Source: Betaproteobacteria bacterium
GTDB taxonomy: Bacteria; Pseudomonadota; Gammaproteobacteria; Burkholderiales; SHXO01
Length of the DNA: 62,084 nt
NCBI GenBank assembly: GCA_009693245.1
Contig: SHXO01000005.1
Location: 1 to 62,084 of the forward strand
Reading direction: 5' to 3'
Below are positions 50,484 to 59,603 of the stretch, piece by piece. The notes under the pieces were generated by a model that saw only the letters and a program-made list of their open reading frames with translations, did not search any database and was not told the origin of the DNA. Made by a program: the position numbers and the translations under genes. Numbering within the stretch: position 1 is the first letter of the stretch; each line of letters opens with the position of its first letter.

Positions 50484-52256
50484 TTAGGGTTGCTTCGTCC
50501 AAGAATCGCGCAGCGTCACCGCGCGGTTAAAGACGGGCGCGCCAGGGTTGGACTCTATCCGGTCCGCAACGAAATAGCCGTGACGTTCGAATTGGAACCT
50601 GTCTTCCGGTTTCGCGTCCTTCAAGGAGGGTTCCAAGTAGCCGCTGATAATTTTCACGGAACCCGGATTGAGATCTTCCAGGAAATCCTGCTCGCTACCA
50701 GGGTGGGCGGTCTTGAACAAGCGGTCATAAAGTCGCACGCTGGCACGGTAGGCGTGCTTGCCGCAAACCCAATGGATGTTGCCCTTGACTTTGTAGGTGT
50801 CCGAACCAGGGGTGCCGGATTTGGAATCGGCGTAGTAATCGCAATGAACCGCGATGATATTTCCGCTCGCATCTTTATCCGCGCCCTTGCACTTCACCAC
50901 GAAGCCATAACGCAGACGCACCTCATTGCTGGGGAAAAGCCGGAAGTAACCCTTTGAAGGTATTTCCATGAAGTCCTCGCGCTCGATCCACAGTTCCTTG
51001 GAGAAGGGCATGGCGCGCTTACCCCAATCGGCCTTCTGTGGATGATTGGGTGCTTGCGTTTCCTCCGCTCCACTTTCGGGATAGTTGTCGATGATGAGTT
51101 TGAGCGGGTCGAGCACCGCCACGCGGCGCGGCGCACGTTCGTTCAAATCCTCCCGCATGCAGTCTTCCAGCAAGCTGTAGTCGATCCACGAATCGGATTT
51201 CGATACTCCGATACGCTCGGCGAACATGCGAAATCCTTCTGGGGTATATCCGCGCCTGCGAGCGCCGACGAGCGTGGGCATGCGTGGATCGTCCCATCCA
51301 TCCACGCGCTTTTCCTCCACCAATTGGATGAGCTTGCGCTTGGAGAGCACCACATAAGTCAAGTTGAGCCGCGAGAACTCATACTGGTTGGGCAGGGGTC
51401 GTTGCAATACCCCAAACCCAGCCAGTTTTTCCAACACCCAATCGTAGAGCGGCCGGTGATCCTCGAATTCCAGGGTGCAGACGGAGTGGGTGATGTTCTC
51501 CAGCGCATCGGATATGCAATGGGTGTAATCGTACATGGGGTAGATCGCCCATTTGTCACCCGTGCGGTGGTGATGCGCGTGGCGGATGCGGTAGATGGCG
51601 GGGTCACGCAGATTTATGTTGGGCGAGGCCATGTCGATTTTGAGCCGCAGCACGTGGGTGCCATCGGCGTGCTGGCCTGCCTTCATCTCGCGAAAGAGGC
51701 ACAGGTTTTCCTCCACGCTCCGGTCACGATAAGGGCTGTGCGTGCCTGGTTCCGTCAAGGTGCCGCGATGCGCGCGCATTTCCTCGGCGCTCAGCGAATC
51801 CACATAGGCGAGGCCGTGCATGATGAACAGCTCGGCGAAGTCGTAGAGTTCCTGGAAGTAGTCCGAAGCATAAAAGAGATGGGGTCCCCAATCGAAACCC
51901 AGCCATTTCACCGAATCGAGTATGGACTCCGCGTATTCCGAATCCTCGGTGACAGGATTGGTGTCGTCGAAGCGCATGTGACACCAGCCGCCGTAATCGC
52001 GCGCGAGGCCAAAGTTCAGGCAGATGGATTTCGCGTGCCCGATGTGCAGATAACCGTTGGGCTCCGGCGGAAAACGCGTGCGGATCTTCGCGGGATCCGC
52101 GGGTGCCCCCGCGTGAACGGTGGCGGGGCCGGGTTTTCCGCCCCAGGTGCGCGTGGCGTACTTACCCTTGGCGAGATCCTCGCCGATGATGTTGCGGATA
52201 AAGTTGGTGACGTGCGTTGGCGTTTCGGCTCCAACTTTTTTCGGCGGGGAGGACAT
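50484..52256 (-). CDS. glnS: glutamine--tRNA ligase
   Basis: 590 aa. RFPPEPNGYLHIGHAKS (HIGH) and VLSKRKL (KMSKS-like). Confidence 0.95.
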   Translation of the reverse strand: MSSPPKKVGAETPTHVTNFIRNIIGEDLAKGKYATRTWGGKPGPATVHAGAPADPAKIRTRFPPEPNGYLHIGHAKSICLNFGLARDYGGWCHMRFDDTNPVTEDSEYAESILDSVKWLGFDWGPHLFYASDYFQELYDFAELFIMHGLAYVDSLSAEEMRAHRGTLTEPGTHSPYRDRSVEENLCLFREMKAGQHADGTHVLRLKIDMASPNINLRDPAIYRIRHAHHHRTGDKWAIYPMYDYTHCISDALENITHSVCTLEFEDHRPLYDWVLEKLAGFGVLQRPLPNQYEFSRLNLTYVVLSKRKLIQLVEEKRVDGWDDPRMPTLVGARRRGYTPEGFRMFAERIGVSKSDSWIDYSLLEDCMREDLNERAPRRVAVLDPLKLIIDNYPESGAEETQAPNHPQKADWGKRAMPFSKELWIEREDFMEIPSKGYFRLFPSNEVRLRYGFVVKCKGADKDASGNIIAVHCDYYADSKSGTPGSDTYKVKGNIHWVCGKHAYRASVRLYDRLFKTAHPGSEQDFLEDLNPGSVKIISGYLEPSLKDAKPEDRFQFERHGYFVADRIESNPGAPVFNRAVTLRDSWTKQP

Positions 52257-52332
52257 TCAGGGCGATTCTTGGACCGGTGAAAGGCGCGGATTTTACAGCA
52301 GCGTTCCCCGTAGGCGCGCACCCGCCTTGCGG

Positions 52333-52835
52333 TTAGGCCGCCTTTTCCGCCAGCAATTGAGCGATAGCAGCGCCCACCGCCAGATCGGGAGCTTGCCCGA
52401 AGGCGTGGTAGCGCAAGAAACCGCCGCGGTCGATCAGAAGTAGAGTAGGGGTGCCGCGTAATTCGTAGGCGGCCATGGTGCGTGGGATGGGATCGCCATC
52501 GCCGGGCTCATCCACGCCGACCGGGAAGTTCACGCGGTACTCTTGCAGGAAGGCCTCCAGGGACACCGGTTGCATGGCTTCGTGATGTTCGAAAACGGTG
52601 TGCAATCCCACCACCGCAAGGTCTTCCGAGCCAAAGGTTTCGTGAGAATACGCTGTGTTTGGGGAATGCCATGGGATACGCAGCCGGGGCATAACATTTG
52701 GAATGCGTGCAAGACCACTACTTTTCCCCGCAAGCTCTCCAGGCTCAAAGCTGCGTCGGTGTTGAACCATCGCGTGGTGTGCCACGCGGGCGCATGCATG
52801 CGCGCGGGCGCGAGAAAGGAATTGCTGGTGTGCAT
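52333..52835 (-). pseudogene. thioredoxin-fold (redoxin/TlpA-like) protein with a frameshift
   Basis: The N-terminal part, with LRGKVVVLHAFQMLCPGCVSHGIP, is in one frame. The continuation FGSEDLAVVGLHTVFEHHEAM...ELRGTPTLLLIDRGG is in another. The shift is near 52640-52665. Confidence 0.6.
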
Positions 52836-52868
52836 CGTGAGTTGTTGGATGAAACCGCGTTTCTTTCC

Positions 52869-53639
52869 CTAACAGATTATGTCCGTGAATATAGAGGTTG
52901 CCACAAAATCTGTCATGAACTTCTGAACGCCGAAATTTGGCTCAACGACAAGCGCCCGGGCCAGCGCCTTGCCTAACGGGCGCCCGGTGGCAAGTGCGTG
53001 CAACATGGCGTGCTCGCCCGTAGTCAATGGTCTTAATTCGATCGCATGGTCACGGCGGCTCACCAGCACAAGTTGCGTCCCTTCATCGAGAGACACGGTA
53101 TCGTCTCCCGCATAGTCTGGCTGGCTCACGTGCCATATACGGGCGATGGGGTAAATGGACTCCACCAAGCGCGCGGCAGGACTCAAAGTAAAGCGCAGCG
53201 CAGGTAGCCGGTCCGCGCTGAATTCGGCGAGCCGCGACAAGTCCAGAGGTTTGGCATCGGCGGCATGGAAGACACGATGCACGGCCCACTCCAGCCGTGC
53301 AACATCGGCAAGATAGGGCAAGCCTCGCGCGGGAGGAAACGCGGCGAGGAAAGCGCCGAATTCCTCGCCATAATCATGCAAGTCTCCGGAGTCCGAGAAA
53401 GACTGTTTAGCGAAAAGCCTGGCGGCCGCGTTGAAAAATTCGTCTCCCACCAAACGCAAAATGACCGGATAGGTATCGCGCAGCGCGTTGCGATAGTTGC
53501 CCAACACGTTGTTGCGGTAAATCCCCAGGCGTGCCGAAGGGTCCAGACTCCCAGCTTCGATCACGTTCTCGATGGGCGCATCCACGCCGGAGAATAGCGC
53601 CTGCGTGAATTGCTCTTGGAGATCACGCAGCCAGAGCAT
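52869..53639 (-). CDS. bufC: DUF2063 domain protein (BufC-like partner of the MNIO enzyme)
   Basis: 256 aa. GIYRNNVLGNYRNALRDTYPV signature. It overlaps the DUF692 gene by 17 nt. Confidence 0.8.
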   Translation of the reverse strand: MLWLRDLQEQFTQALFSGVDAPIENVIEAGSLDPSARLGIYRNNVLGNYRNALRDTYPVILRLVGDEFFNAAARLFAKQSFSDSGDLHDYGEEFGAFLAAFPPARGLPYLADVARLEWAVHRVFHAADAKPLDLSRLAEFSADRLPALRFTLSPAARLVESIYPIARIWHVSQPDYAGDDTVSLDEGTQLVLVSRRDHAIELRPLTTGEHAMLHALATGRPLGKALARALVVEPNFGVQKFMTDFVATSIFTDIIC

Positions 53640-54465
53640 GCTCTTCCTCCAGGATGGCCTGCGCGCGCGCGGCTTGTTCCAGCAGCGTCGAGAGCGGCGG
53701 GAGGTCGGTGTCCCACTCGATCAACGTCGGTTTGGGCCCCATGCTCCGGATCGCGGCGCGGTACAAGTCCCATACGGCATCGCTTACCGGCGTGCCATGA
53801 GTGTCGATGAGACAAGACCCGCTCGCATCGAAACCGGATAAATGAATCTCCTGCACCGCATCGCCCGGCATGGCAGCGATGTAATCACGGGCGTCGAAAC
53901 CGTGATTGACAGCATTGACGTAGACGTTGTTCACGTCGAATAGCAAGCCGCAGCCGCTTCGGCGTGCCAGTTCGGCAACGAACTCCCACTCCGGAATGGT
54001 GGAGTGCGTGTAGCGAAGATAGCTCGACACGTTCTCCATGAGAATCCGGCGGCCGGCGGTCTCCTGCGCCTGCATCACACGCTGGCTAAGATGGGCCAGC
54101 GCCTCCTCGGTATAGGGCAGTGGCAGCAGGTCGTTGAGGTGCCTGCCGCCTGCCGCGCTCCAGCAGATATGATCGGATACGACGAAAGGATCGTAGCGCT
54201 CGATTAATCCTTTGAGCTTCTGTAGATGCGCCGAATCAAGCGGGCTGGCGGAACCTAGTCCCAAGCCCACACCGTGCAAACTGAGGGGATAGTGCTCCCG
54301 GCAGCGGCCGAGATAAAAGTGTGGCTGCCCGCCGTCGCCGAAATAATTCTCGCTATGGACTTCCAGCCAGCCCGTGGCGGGCAGCGTATCGAGCACTTCG
54401 CGGTAGTGCGGGGCGCGCAGCCCCACTCCGCACAATCGTTCCACGGGAAGACTTGGCCGAAACAT
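53623..54465 (-). CDS. bufB: DUF692 / MNIO-family (MbnB-like) iron-dependent oxidase
   Basis: 280 aa. GVGLRAPHY...WLEVHSENYF...LSLHGVGLGLGS...SDHICW...IEWD TIM-barrel pattern of UPF0276/DUF692. Confidence 0.85.
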   Translation of the reverse strand: MFRPSLPVERLCGVGLRAPHYREVLDTLPATGWLEVHSENYFGDGGQPHFYLGRCREHYPLSLHGVGLGLGSASPLDSAHLQKLKGLIERYDPFVVSDHICWSAAGGRHLNDLLPLPYTEEALAHLSQRVMQAQETAGRRILMENVSSYLRYTHSTIPEWEFVAELARRSGCGLLFDVNNVYVNAVNHGFDARDYIAAMPGDAVQEIHLSGFDASGSCLIDTHGTPVSDAVWDLYRAAIRSMGPKPTLIEWDTDLPPLSTLLEQAARAQAILEEEHALAA

Positions 54466-54501
54466 GCAGCCTCCCCGTAGTCCTTCTTGCTTCGCTAGAA
54501 C

Positions 54502-54765
54502 TTATTTCTTGACGACGACTTGGCCGCCAACGATCTTGTCGCAAGCGCCCTTGGGCACGTAGACCCACTCTTCGGCGTTGCCGTCCGTCTTGGCTTGTCC
54601 AGCGCAAGAGTGTTTGCTGGTGCTGCAATCGTTCATGCCTGCCTTGGCGATGCCGGCGCACTTCTCGTTGTCGCCCTTGGCAGCGAGCGCGCTGGTGCCG
54701 CCTGCGGTGAGGCCCAAAGCGACCAGGCCGGCGATGGCGGAACGGATCATCAATTCGTTTTTCAT
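54502..54765 (-). CDS. bufA: DUF2282 secreted Cys-containing peptide (bufferin BufA1-like RiPP precursor)
   Basis: ATG at 54765 after AAGGAGAA. Signal peptide [28 protein letters not shown], then [48 protein letters not shown] with 4 Cys. Confidence 0.85.
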   Translation of the reverse strand: MKNELMIRSAIAGLVALGLTAGGTSALAAKGDNEKCAGIAKAGMNDCSTSKHSCAGQAKTDGNAEEWVYVPKGACDKIVGGQVVVKK

Positions 54766-54943
54766 GCTGTTCTCCTTGTGAGTTAGGGGGTGTCGAGGGA
54801 CCGGCAAGCCTAGTCACGCTCGTAAATGATACGCGACGGCCTAGCTACCGGATGCACCCGTAATTTCATATACACGGATGCGGTTCTCGGCATTTTGTCG
54901 CAAAGACTCCATGCAACCTTACACGGGAGGATTCAACCTCCCG

Positions 54944-55420
54944 TTAAGGCCCAACCTTGACAGAACCGATGGCCCAACCCGGCGAAACGCACATGGATCC
55001 CACCACGGGGCGCGTGCTCGCTCCGCTGAAATTGGCTTTCTCGAAGGCGCTCATCAGGCCGCTTTCCACTTGGTAGGAATAGATACCGGAGGCCAGTTGC
55101 GCATTGGACTTGCCCGCCTTGATGTGGTCTCCTGAACAATCTTCGGACTTGAACAACGATGCGGAAGCGCTTGCTTCCGCGCTTGGAGCCGGGGCTGCCG
55201 CGGCAGGGGCCGGCGCTTCGCAGGCCCCTTTACTGGGGAGCGTGGGGCGCCTGCACTTCAAACTGCACTTCGTTCCGGCACTACCGATGCTCGATTCATC
55301 CAGCAAGTGCTTCTTGCCGTCCTTGCATTCGCAGCAGAAGGGGTCGGCACTCGCTAGGTTGAACGCGAGCGCCAAGAGGCCGGTGGCCAGGGCAATTCCT
55401 GCCCGAGAAATAACATGCAT
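54944..55420 (-). CDS. secreted Cys-rich protein, unknown function
   Basis: 158 aa. Signal peptide ending NLASA. The mature part has 8 Cys (FCCECKDG..., KCSLKCRR, GACEAP), an Ala/Pro linker and a C-terminal globular part. Confidence 0.5.
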   Translation of the reverse strand: MHVISRAGIALATGLLALAFNLASADPFCCECKDGKKHLLDESSIGSAGTKCSLKCRRPTLPSKGACEAPAPAAAAPAPSAEASASASLFKSEDCSGDHIKAGKSNAQLASGIYSYQVESGLMSAFEKANFSGASTRPVVGSMCVSPGWAIGSVKVGP

Positions 55421-55505
55421 CAGTGTCTCCGTTCGTTTAGGCCAAAGTTCGCCGTCAGGGTATTATGCCTACCCCAAGAGTCCTGGCTGGCCGAAGAGCG
55501 CTTTC

Positions 55506-55709
55506 TTAGTTGCTTTGCACAAGTTTCCAAGCGGCCAACAGCCCGAACGCGACATTCATCAGCGCGATCATGCCGATTAGCACGAGGCCAAACGAATTCA
55601 GCGGCAGCGTGCGCATGGCCCAAGTGCATACGGAAGACAGCACGTTAAACCCCATCATCATCCAGAATAGTGGCTTACGGGGTTGCCAGAGTCTGAGTAG
55701 CTTTTTCAT
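55506..55709 (-). CDS. 67-aa two-TM membrane protein
   Basis: ORF with two hydrophobic segments. No known motif. Confidence 0.35.
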   Translation of the reverse strand: MKKLLRLWQPRKPLFWMMMGFNVLSSVCTWAMRTLPLNSFGLVLIGMIALMNVAFGLLAAWKLVQSN

Positions 55710-55748
55710 GACTCAAAACGTAGTGTAAATGCCCTAGGCGGCAGCGGG

Positions 55749-57338
55749 CTACCGCCCATCCTCAAGAATCAAATCGGCCGCCTTCTCCGCCAGCGCGATA
55801 ACGGTGGCGTTGATGTTGCCGGAGGGCACGGCCGGCATGACGGAGGCGTCCACGACTCGTAGGCATTCCACACCGTTCACGCGCAGGCGCGGGTCCACCA
55901 CGGCGCGTGCATCGGTTCCCATGCGGCAGGTGGAAGTGGGGTGGAACACGGTGTCGCCGGCCTCGCGGCAGAAGGCGAGCCAGTCTTCGTCGCTTTGCAC
56001 GCGCGGCCCGGGGAATTCCTCGGCGGCGGCATAGTCGCGCATGGGTGCCGTGGCCGCGATACGGCGGACGACCTTCAAGCCATCGACCATTACACGGCGG
56101 TCGTTCTCCGTGGCGAGGTGGTTGTAGCGGATGGATGGCATGGTGCGCGGATCGGCAGAGGCGATATGTACCGAGCCGCGCGATTCCACCTGGGTTTGCG
56201 ATACCGAGAGGGTGAATCCAGAGAAGGTATGCAGATGGCCGCCGCGTTTGGCGGTGGAGAAATTGATGTAATAGATTTGTGCGTCAGGGCGCGCAATTTC
56301 TGGCCTTGTGCGGATGAACGCCGCGGCGTAACCGGCGCTCACGGTGAGCGGGCCGCGGCGCTGTAGCAGGTACTGAAGGCCGATTTTGGCTTGGCCCCAA
56401 AAGGTGCGCATGTCGTCGTTCAGCGTGATGGGCCGGGTGCAGCGCCAGAACGTGCGGCAGTAGAAGTGGTCTTGCAGATCTTCCCCCACGCCGGGCGCAT
56501 CGTGCACTGGCGAGATACCATGACGGTCGAGCAACGCGCGCGGTCCTACCCCGGAGAGTTGCAGCAGTTGCGGTGAGTTGAAGCTGCCACCTGAAAGGAT
56601 GATTTCGCGCGCGGCGCGCACCTCGTGACGGGCCCCGCGCGCTTCGTAGATCACGCCGGTGGCGCGTTTGCCCTCGAACATGACGCGAGTGGCGAGCGCC
56701 TCGGTTTCCACGCGCAGGTTGGATCGCTTTTCCGCGGGGCGAAGATAAGCGACCGCGCTGCTACAGCGCCTTCCGTTGCTCGCGTTGGCGTGGTAGTAGC
56801 CGGTGCCCTCTTGGGTCGCGCCGTTGAAATCGTCGTTGTGGGGAACGCCGAGTGCCATGGCGGAAGCGATGAAGGCATCGCATATTTCATGTTTATCCGG
56901 AATTTCCGACACGGCCAGAGGCCCGCCCGCGCCATGCCACTCGCTGGCGCCGAGGCTATGGTTCTCGGACTTCTTGAAGTAAGGTAGCAAATCGTAGAAG
57001 GTCCATCCGGGTATGCCCCAACCGTCGTAGTCCTCGCGCTGGCCGCGAACATGCACCAAGCCGTTGATGGAAGAGGAGCCGCCCAGCACTTTGCCGCGCG
57101 GAGTGAATACGCGCCGGCCATTGAGAGTGGGCTCAGGTTCGGATTGATAGGCCCAGTTGACATCGGTGCGCGCGAACAGTTTGCCGTAGCCCAGCGGCAC
57201 GTGAATCCAGAAATTGGTATCGCGCGGGCCGGCTTCCAGTAGCAACACGCTGTCGCGGCCATTGGCGCTCAGGCGGTTCGCCAGGACACAGCCCGCCGAA
57301 CCCGCGCCGACGATTACGTAGTCGTAGGTATTACTCAA
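55749..57338 (-). CDS. GMC-family FAD oxidoreductase (choline-dehydrogenase-like)
   Basis: TTG start at 57338 gives LSNTYDYVIVGAGSAGCVLANRLS. The C-terminal part has the HPTSTCRMG GMC signature. The ORF-track start at 57656 is an extension. Confidence 0.9.
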   Translation of the reverse strand: MSNTYDYVIVGAGSAGCVLANRLSANGRDSVLLLEAGPRDTNFWIHVPLGYGKLFARTDVNWAYQSEPEPTLNGRRVFTPRGKVLGGSSSINGLVHVRGQREDYDGWGIPGWTFYDLLPYFKKSENHSLGASEWHGAGGPLAVSEIPDKHEICDAFIASAMALGVPHNDDFNGATQEGTGYYHANASNGRRCSSAVAYLRPAEKRSNLRVETEALATRVMFEGKRATGVIYEARGARHEVRAAREIILSGGSFNSPQLLQLSGVGPRALLDRHGISPVHDAPGVGEDLQDHFYCRTFWRCTRPITLNDDMRTFWGQAKIGLQYLLQRRGPLTVSAGYAAAFIRTRPEIARPDAQIYYINFSTAKRGGHLHTFSGFTLSVSQTQVESRGSVHIASADPRTMPSIRYNHLATENDRRVMVDGLKVVRRIAATAPMRDYAAAEEFPGPRVQSDEDWLAFCREAGDTVFHPTSTCRMGTDARAVVDPRLRVNGVECLRVVDASVMPAVPSGNINATVIALAEKAADLILEDGR

Positions 57339-57445
57339 AGTAGAAATTTGGGTTTGTGCTGATCTTAGTAATCTTAACCTGAACCCAATATCGCCCAGGC
57401 GAGAACGTACGTGGCCTGGCGCGTGCCCGTGTGAATCGCACTTAT

Positions 57446-58324
57446 TTACACTTTGCGCGCGGGATCTGCACTGCCCGCGATGGTTTGAACCGCGCTGAAC
57501 CTTACCGGTGCCGGGGATTTCGCGGGATTCAGAGGAGATACCAAGTTCGGCATGGTGCGAATGGCGCCTACCAAGGGATACTTGGTGGTGTCCTGGCTCG
57601 CTTCCCAGCTTGGATCGGCGATCTCGGTGAAGACTTGTTTGAGCCGTTTGCCCCACGTGGAGCGAATCATCTGGAAGTAATTATTGGATTCGTCCATGGT
57701 TGCGAAGCGGGTCACCTTGAGCATTCCCGTTTCATAGCAAAGCAAGTCCAAAGGCAGGCCGACGGAAAGATTGCTGCGCAGCGTGGAATCCATCGAGATC
57801 AACGCGCACTTGGCGGCTTCATCCAGGGGAGTGGAGGGCGTGATGACGCGGTCTAGGATAGGTTTGCCGTACTTGGATTCCCCAATCTGAAAGTAAGGGT
57901 TCTCCGCGGTGGCCTCGATAAAATTGCCGGCGGCGTAGACGTGGAACACGCGGCATGCCTCCGCGCCAATCTGGCCGCCGAAGAGGAAGTTGCAGTTGAA
58001 TTCGATGCCGAAGTCCTTCAACGCTTGGGCATCGCGCGTTTGCACCTGGCGCACGGCATCGCCCACGAGGCGCACGGCCTCGAACATGCTCGGAGCTGTC
58101 CACAGGGAGAGGCCCTCGCCGCTTTCGCGTTCCAGCAACTGTTGTTTGACGGCTTGGGTGATCGCCAGATTTCCCGCGCTCATCAGAACGAGCAATCTCT
58201 CGCCGGGGTTCTGCACCACCGTCATTTTGCGGAAGGTACTGATCTGGTCCACGCCTGCATTCGTGCGGGAGTCCGACAGAAAGACAATGCCAGCGTCGAG
58301 TTTGATTGCTACGCAATAGGTCAT
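57446..58324 (-). CDS. proteasome-type protease, Anbu (ancestral beta subunit) family
   Basis: MTYCVAIKLDAGIVFLSDSRTNAG with Thr right after the initiator Met. It has a beta-subunit-like fold pattern and a C-terminal extension of about 45 aa. Confidence 0.7.
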   Translation of the reverse strand: MTYCVAIKLDAGIVFLSDSRTNAGVDQISTFRKMTVVQNPGERLLVLMSAGNLAITQAVKQQLLERESGEGLSLWTAPSMFEAVRLVGDAVRQVQTRDAQALKDFGIEFNCNFLFGGQIGAEACRVFHVYAAGNFIEATAENPYFQIGESKYGKPILDRVITPSTPLDEAAKCALISMDSTLRSNLSVGLPLDLLCYETGMLKVTRFATMDESNNYFQMIRSTWGKRLKQVFTEIADPSWEASQDTTKYPLVGAIRTMPNLVSPLNPAKSPAPVRFSAVQTIAGSADPARKV

Positions 58325-58482
58325 GACCAGTAAGGTGAGATCGAGCCAAGCCATTCCACCGGCCAGGAACTACTGGTTGGCGTGGGAAAGCGCGGATTCG
58401 AGACGCCGGATCTGGGCTTCCATCTCCGGGCTCGCACCAAGTGCCGCAGTTGGAAGCAGGAAGAGAAAAACGAGCATCCTAA

Positions 58483-58677
58483 TCATGCTTTAGCCCTTGC
58501 CGGCGTAGTGAATTTTCCCTGCGCTCTAAGCTCGGCAAGGTACCGGCTCAAATCAGCCATTTCTTCCAGCGCTTCTAGACGTTCTCGCACTGTCAGTCGT
58601 AAGTTGCGATGGAGCTGCCCCTTCCGAACTCCCTCCCGGGTGGTGAGTGGCCAGTTAATCGCTTCGTCAGAGATCAT
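58483..58677 (-). CDS. hypothetical 64-aa protein
   Basis: ORF only, with a helical C-terminal half (RERLEALEEMADLSRYLAELRAQG). ATGA coupling to a 38-aa ORF downstream. Confidence 0.3.
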   Translation of the reverse strand: MISDEAINWPLTTREGVRKGQLHRNLRLTVRERLEALEEMADLSRYLAELRAQGKFTTPARAKA

Positions 58678-58714
58678 TTCCAGTCTTTTCGAGTTTCATT
58701 AATCCCTCGCCGGC

Positions 58715-59491
58715 TTACTTCGACCACCCCGGCTCTTCGCGGTCCAGAATCCGCTTCAACGCTGCGAAGTGCAAGGCGGACTGCTGGCGTTCGCCTTCGA
58801 TGGCGGCTGCCACGCCGGTTGCCATCTGGTCAGAAACCTGGCGCAGGAGTTTGCCGCTGCGCTGTGCCAGGCATTGCACCATGCAGGATCGCTCCAGGTA
58901 GTAAAGATCGTCGAAGGCGTAATCGATGCGTTCCCCGCACACCATCACGCCGTGGTGGGCCATGAACATGATGTCCTTGCCGCCGAGCGCATGGGCGATG
59001 CGCTCGCCCTCCTCGTTGCCCAGGGCCGGGCCGCCGAAGTCGTCGTCGTAGCCGATGCGTTCGTGGAAGCGCATGGCGTTCTGGTTGGTGCGGGTTTCCA
59101 GGCGCCCCCGTTCCAGCAACGTGAGGGAAGTGGCCCAGGGCATGTGGGTGTGCAGAACGGCTTTCTTCTTGGCCTTGAGATGCACGCCATAGTGGATGAA
59201 GAAGGCGGTGGCCTCCACCTCATGCTTGCCGTCCAATACCTTGCCGCTCTCGTGGATGACCATGAGATTGCCAGGCGTAATCTCCGACCAATGCAGGCCT
59301 TGGGGATTGATGAGGAATTTGTCCGGCTCGCCCGGCACTTCCAAACTGAAATGGTTGCAAACGCCCTCGCTCAGGCCCATGCGCGAAGCGGTGCGCAGCG
59401 CTGCCGTCAGGTCAATTCGGGCTTGCTTGATATCGTATTGTTTGGTGGCGGGGGTTTTTTTGATGATGCGCTTGATCTCGCTAATATCCAC
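58715..59491 (-). CDS. class II aldolase/adducin family protein
   Basis: GTG at 59491 after GGAGAC. NHFSLEV...LHTHMPWATSL...MAHHGVMVCG metal-binding His pattern. Confidence 0.85.
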   Translation of the reverse strand: MDISEIKRIIKKTPATKQYDIKQARIDLTAALRTASRMGLSEGVCNHFSLEVPGEPDKFLINPQGLHWSEITPGNLMVIHESGKVLDGKHEVEATAFFIHYGVHLKAKKKAVLHTHMPWATSLTLLERGRLETRTNQNAMRFHERIGYDDDFGGPALGNEEGERIAHALGGKDIMFMAHHGVMVCGERIDYAFDDLYYLERSCMVQCLAQRSGKLLRQVSDQMATGVAAAIEGERQQSALHFAALKRILDREEPGWSK

Positions 59492-59603
59492 TGCGGTCTC
59501 CTTCTGTGGTTTTGGACTGCAATCCGTCGTTTGGCAAGACTCTAACCCTTTTTCGGCGCCTGCGCGTTTACAGGTGGCAGAATCCACCCTCAAAGGAATC
59601 TCC

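Noticed and set aside
50089-50502. 137-aa minus-strand ORF between the TA pair and glnS
   Set aside because: No motif or RBS is present. It overlaps the glnS 3' end and the DUF433-like remnant on the other strand, which explains the region better.
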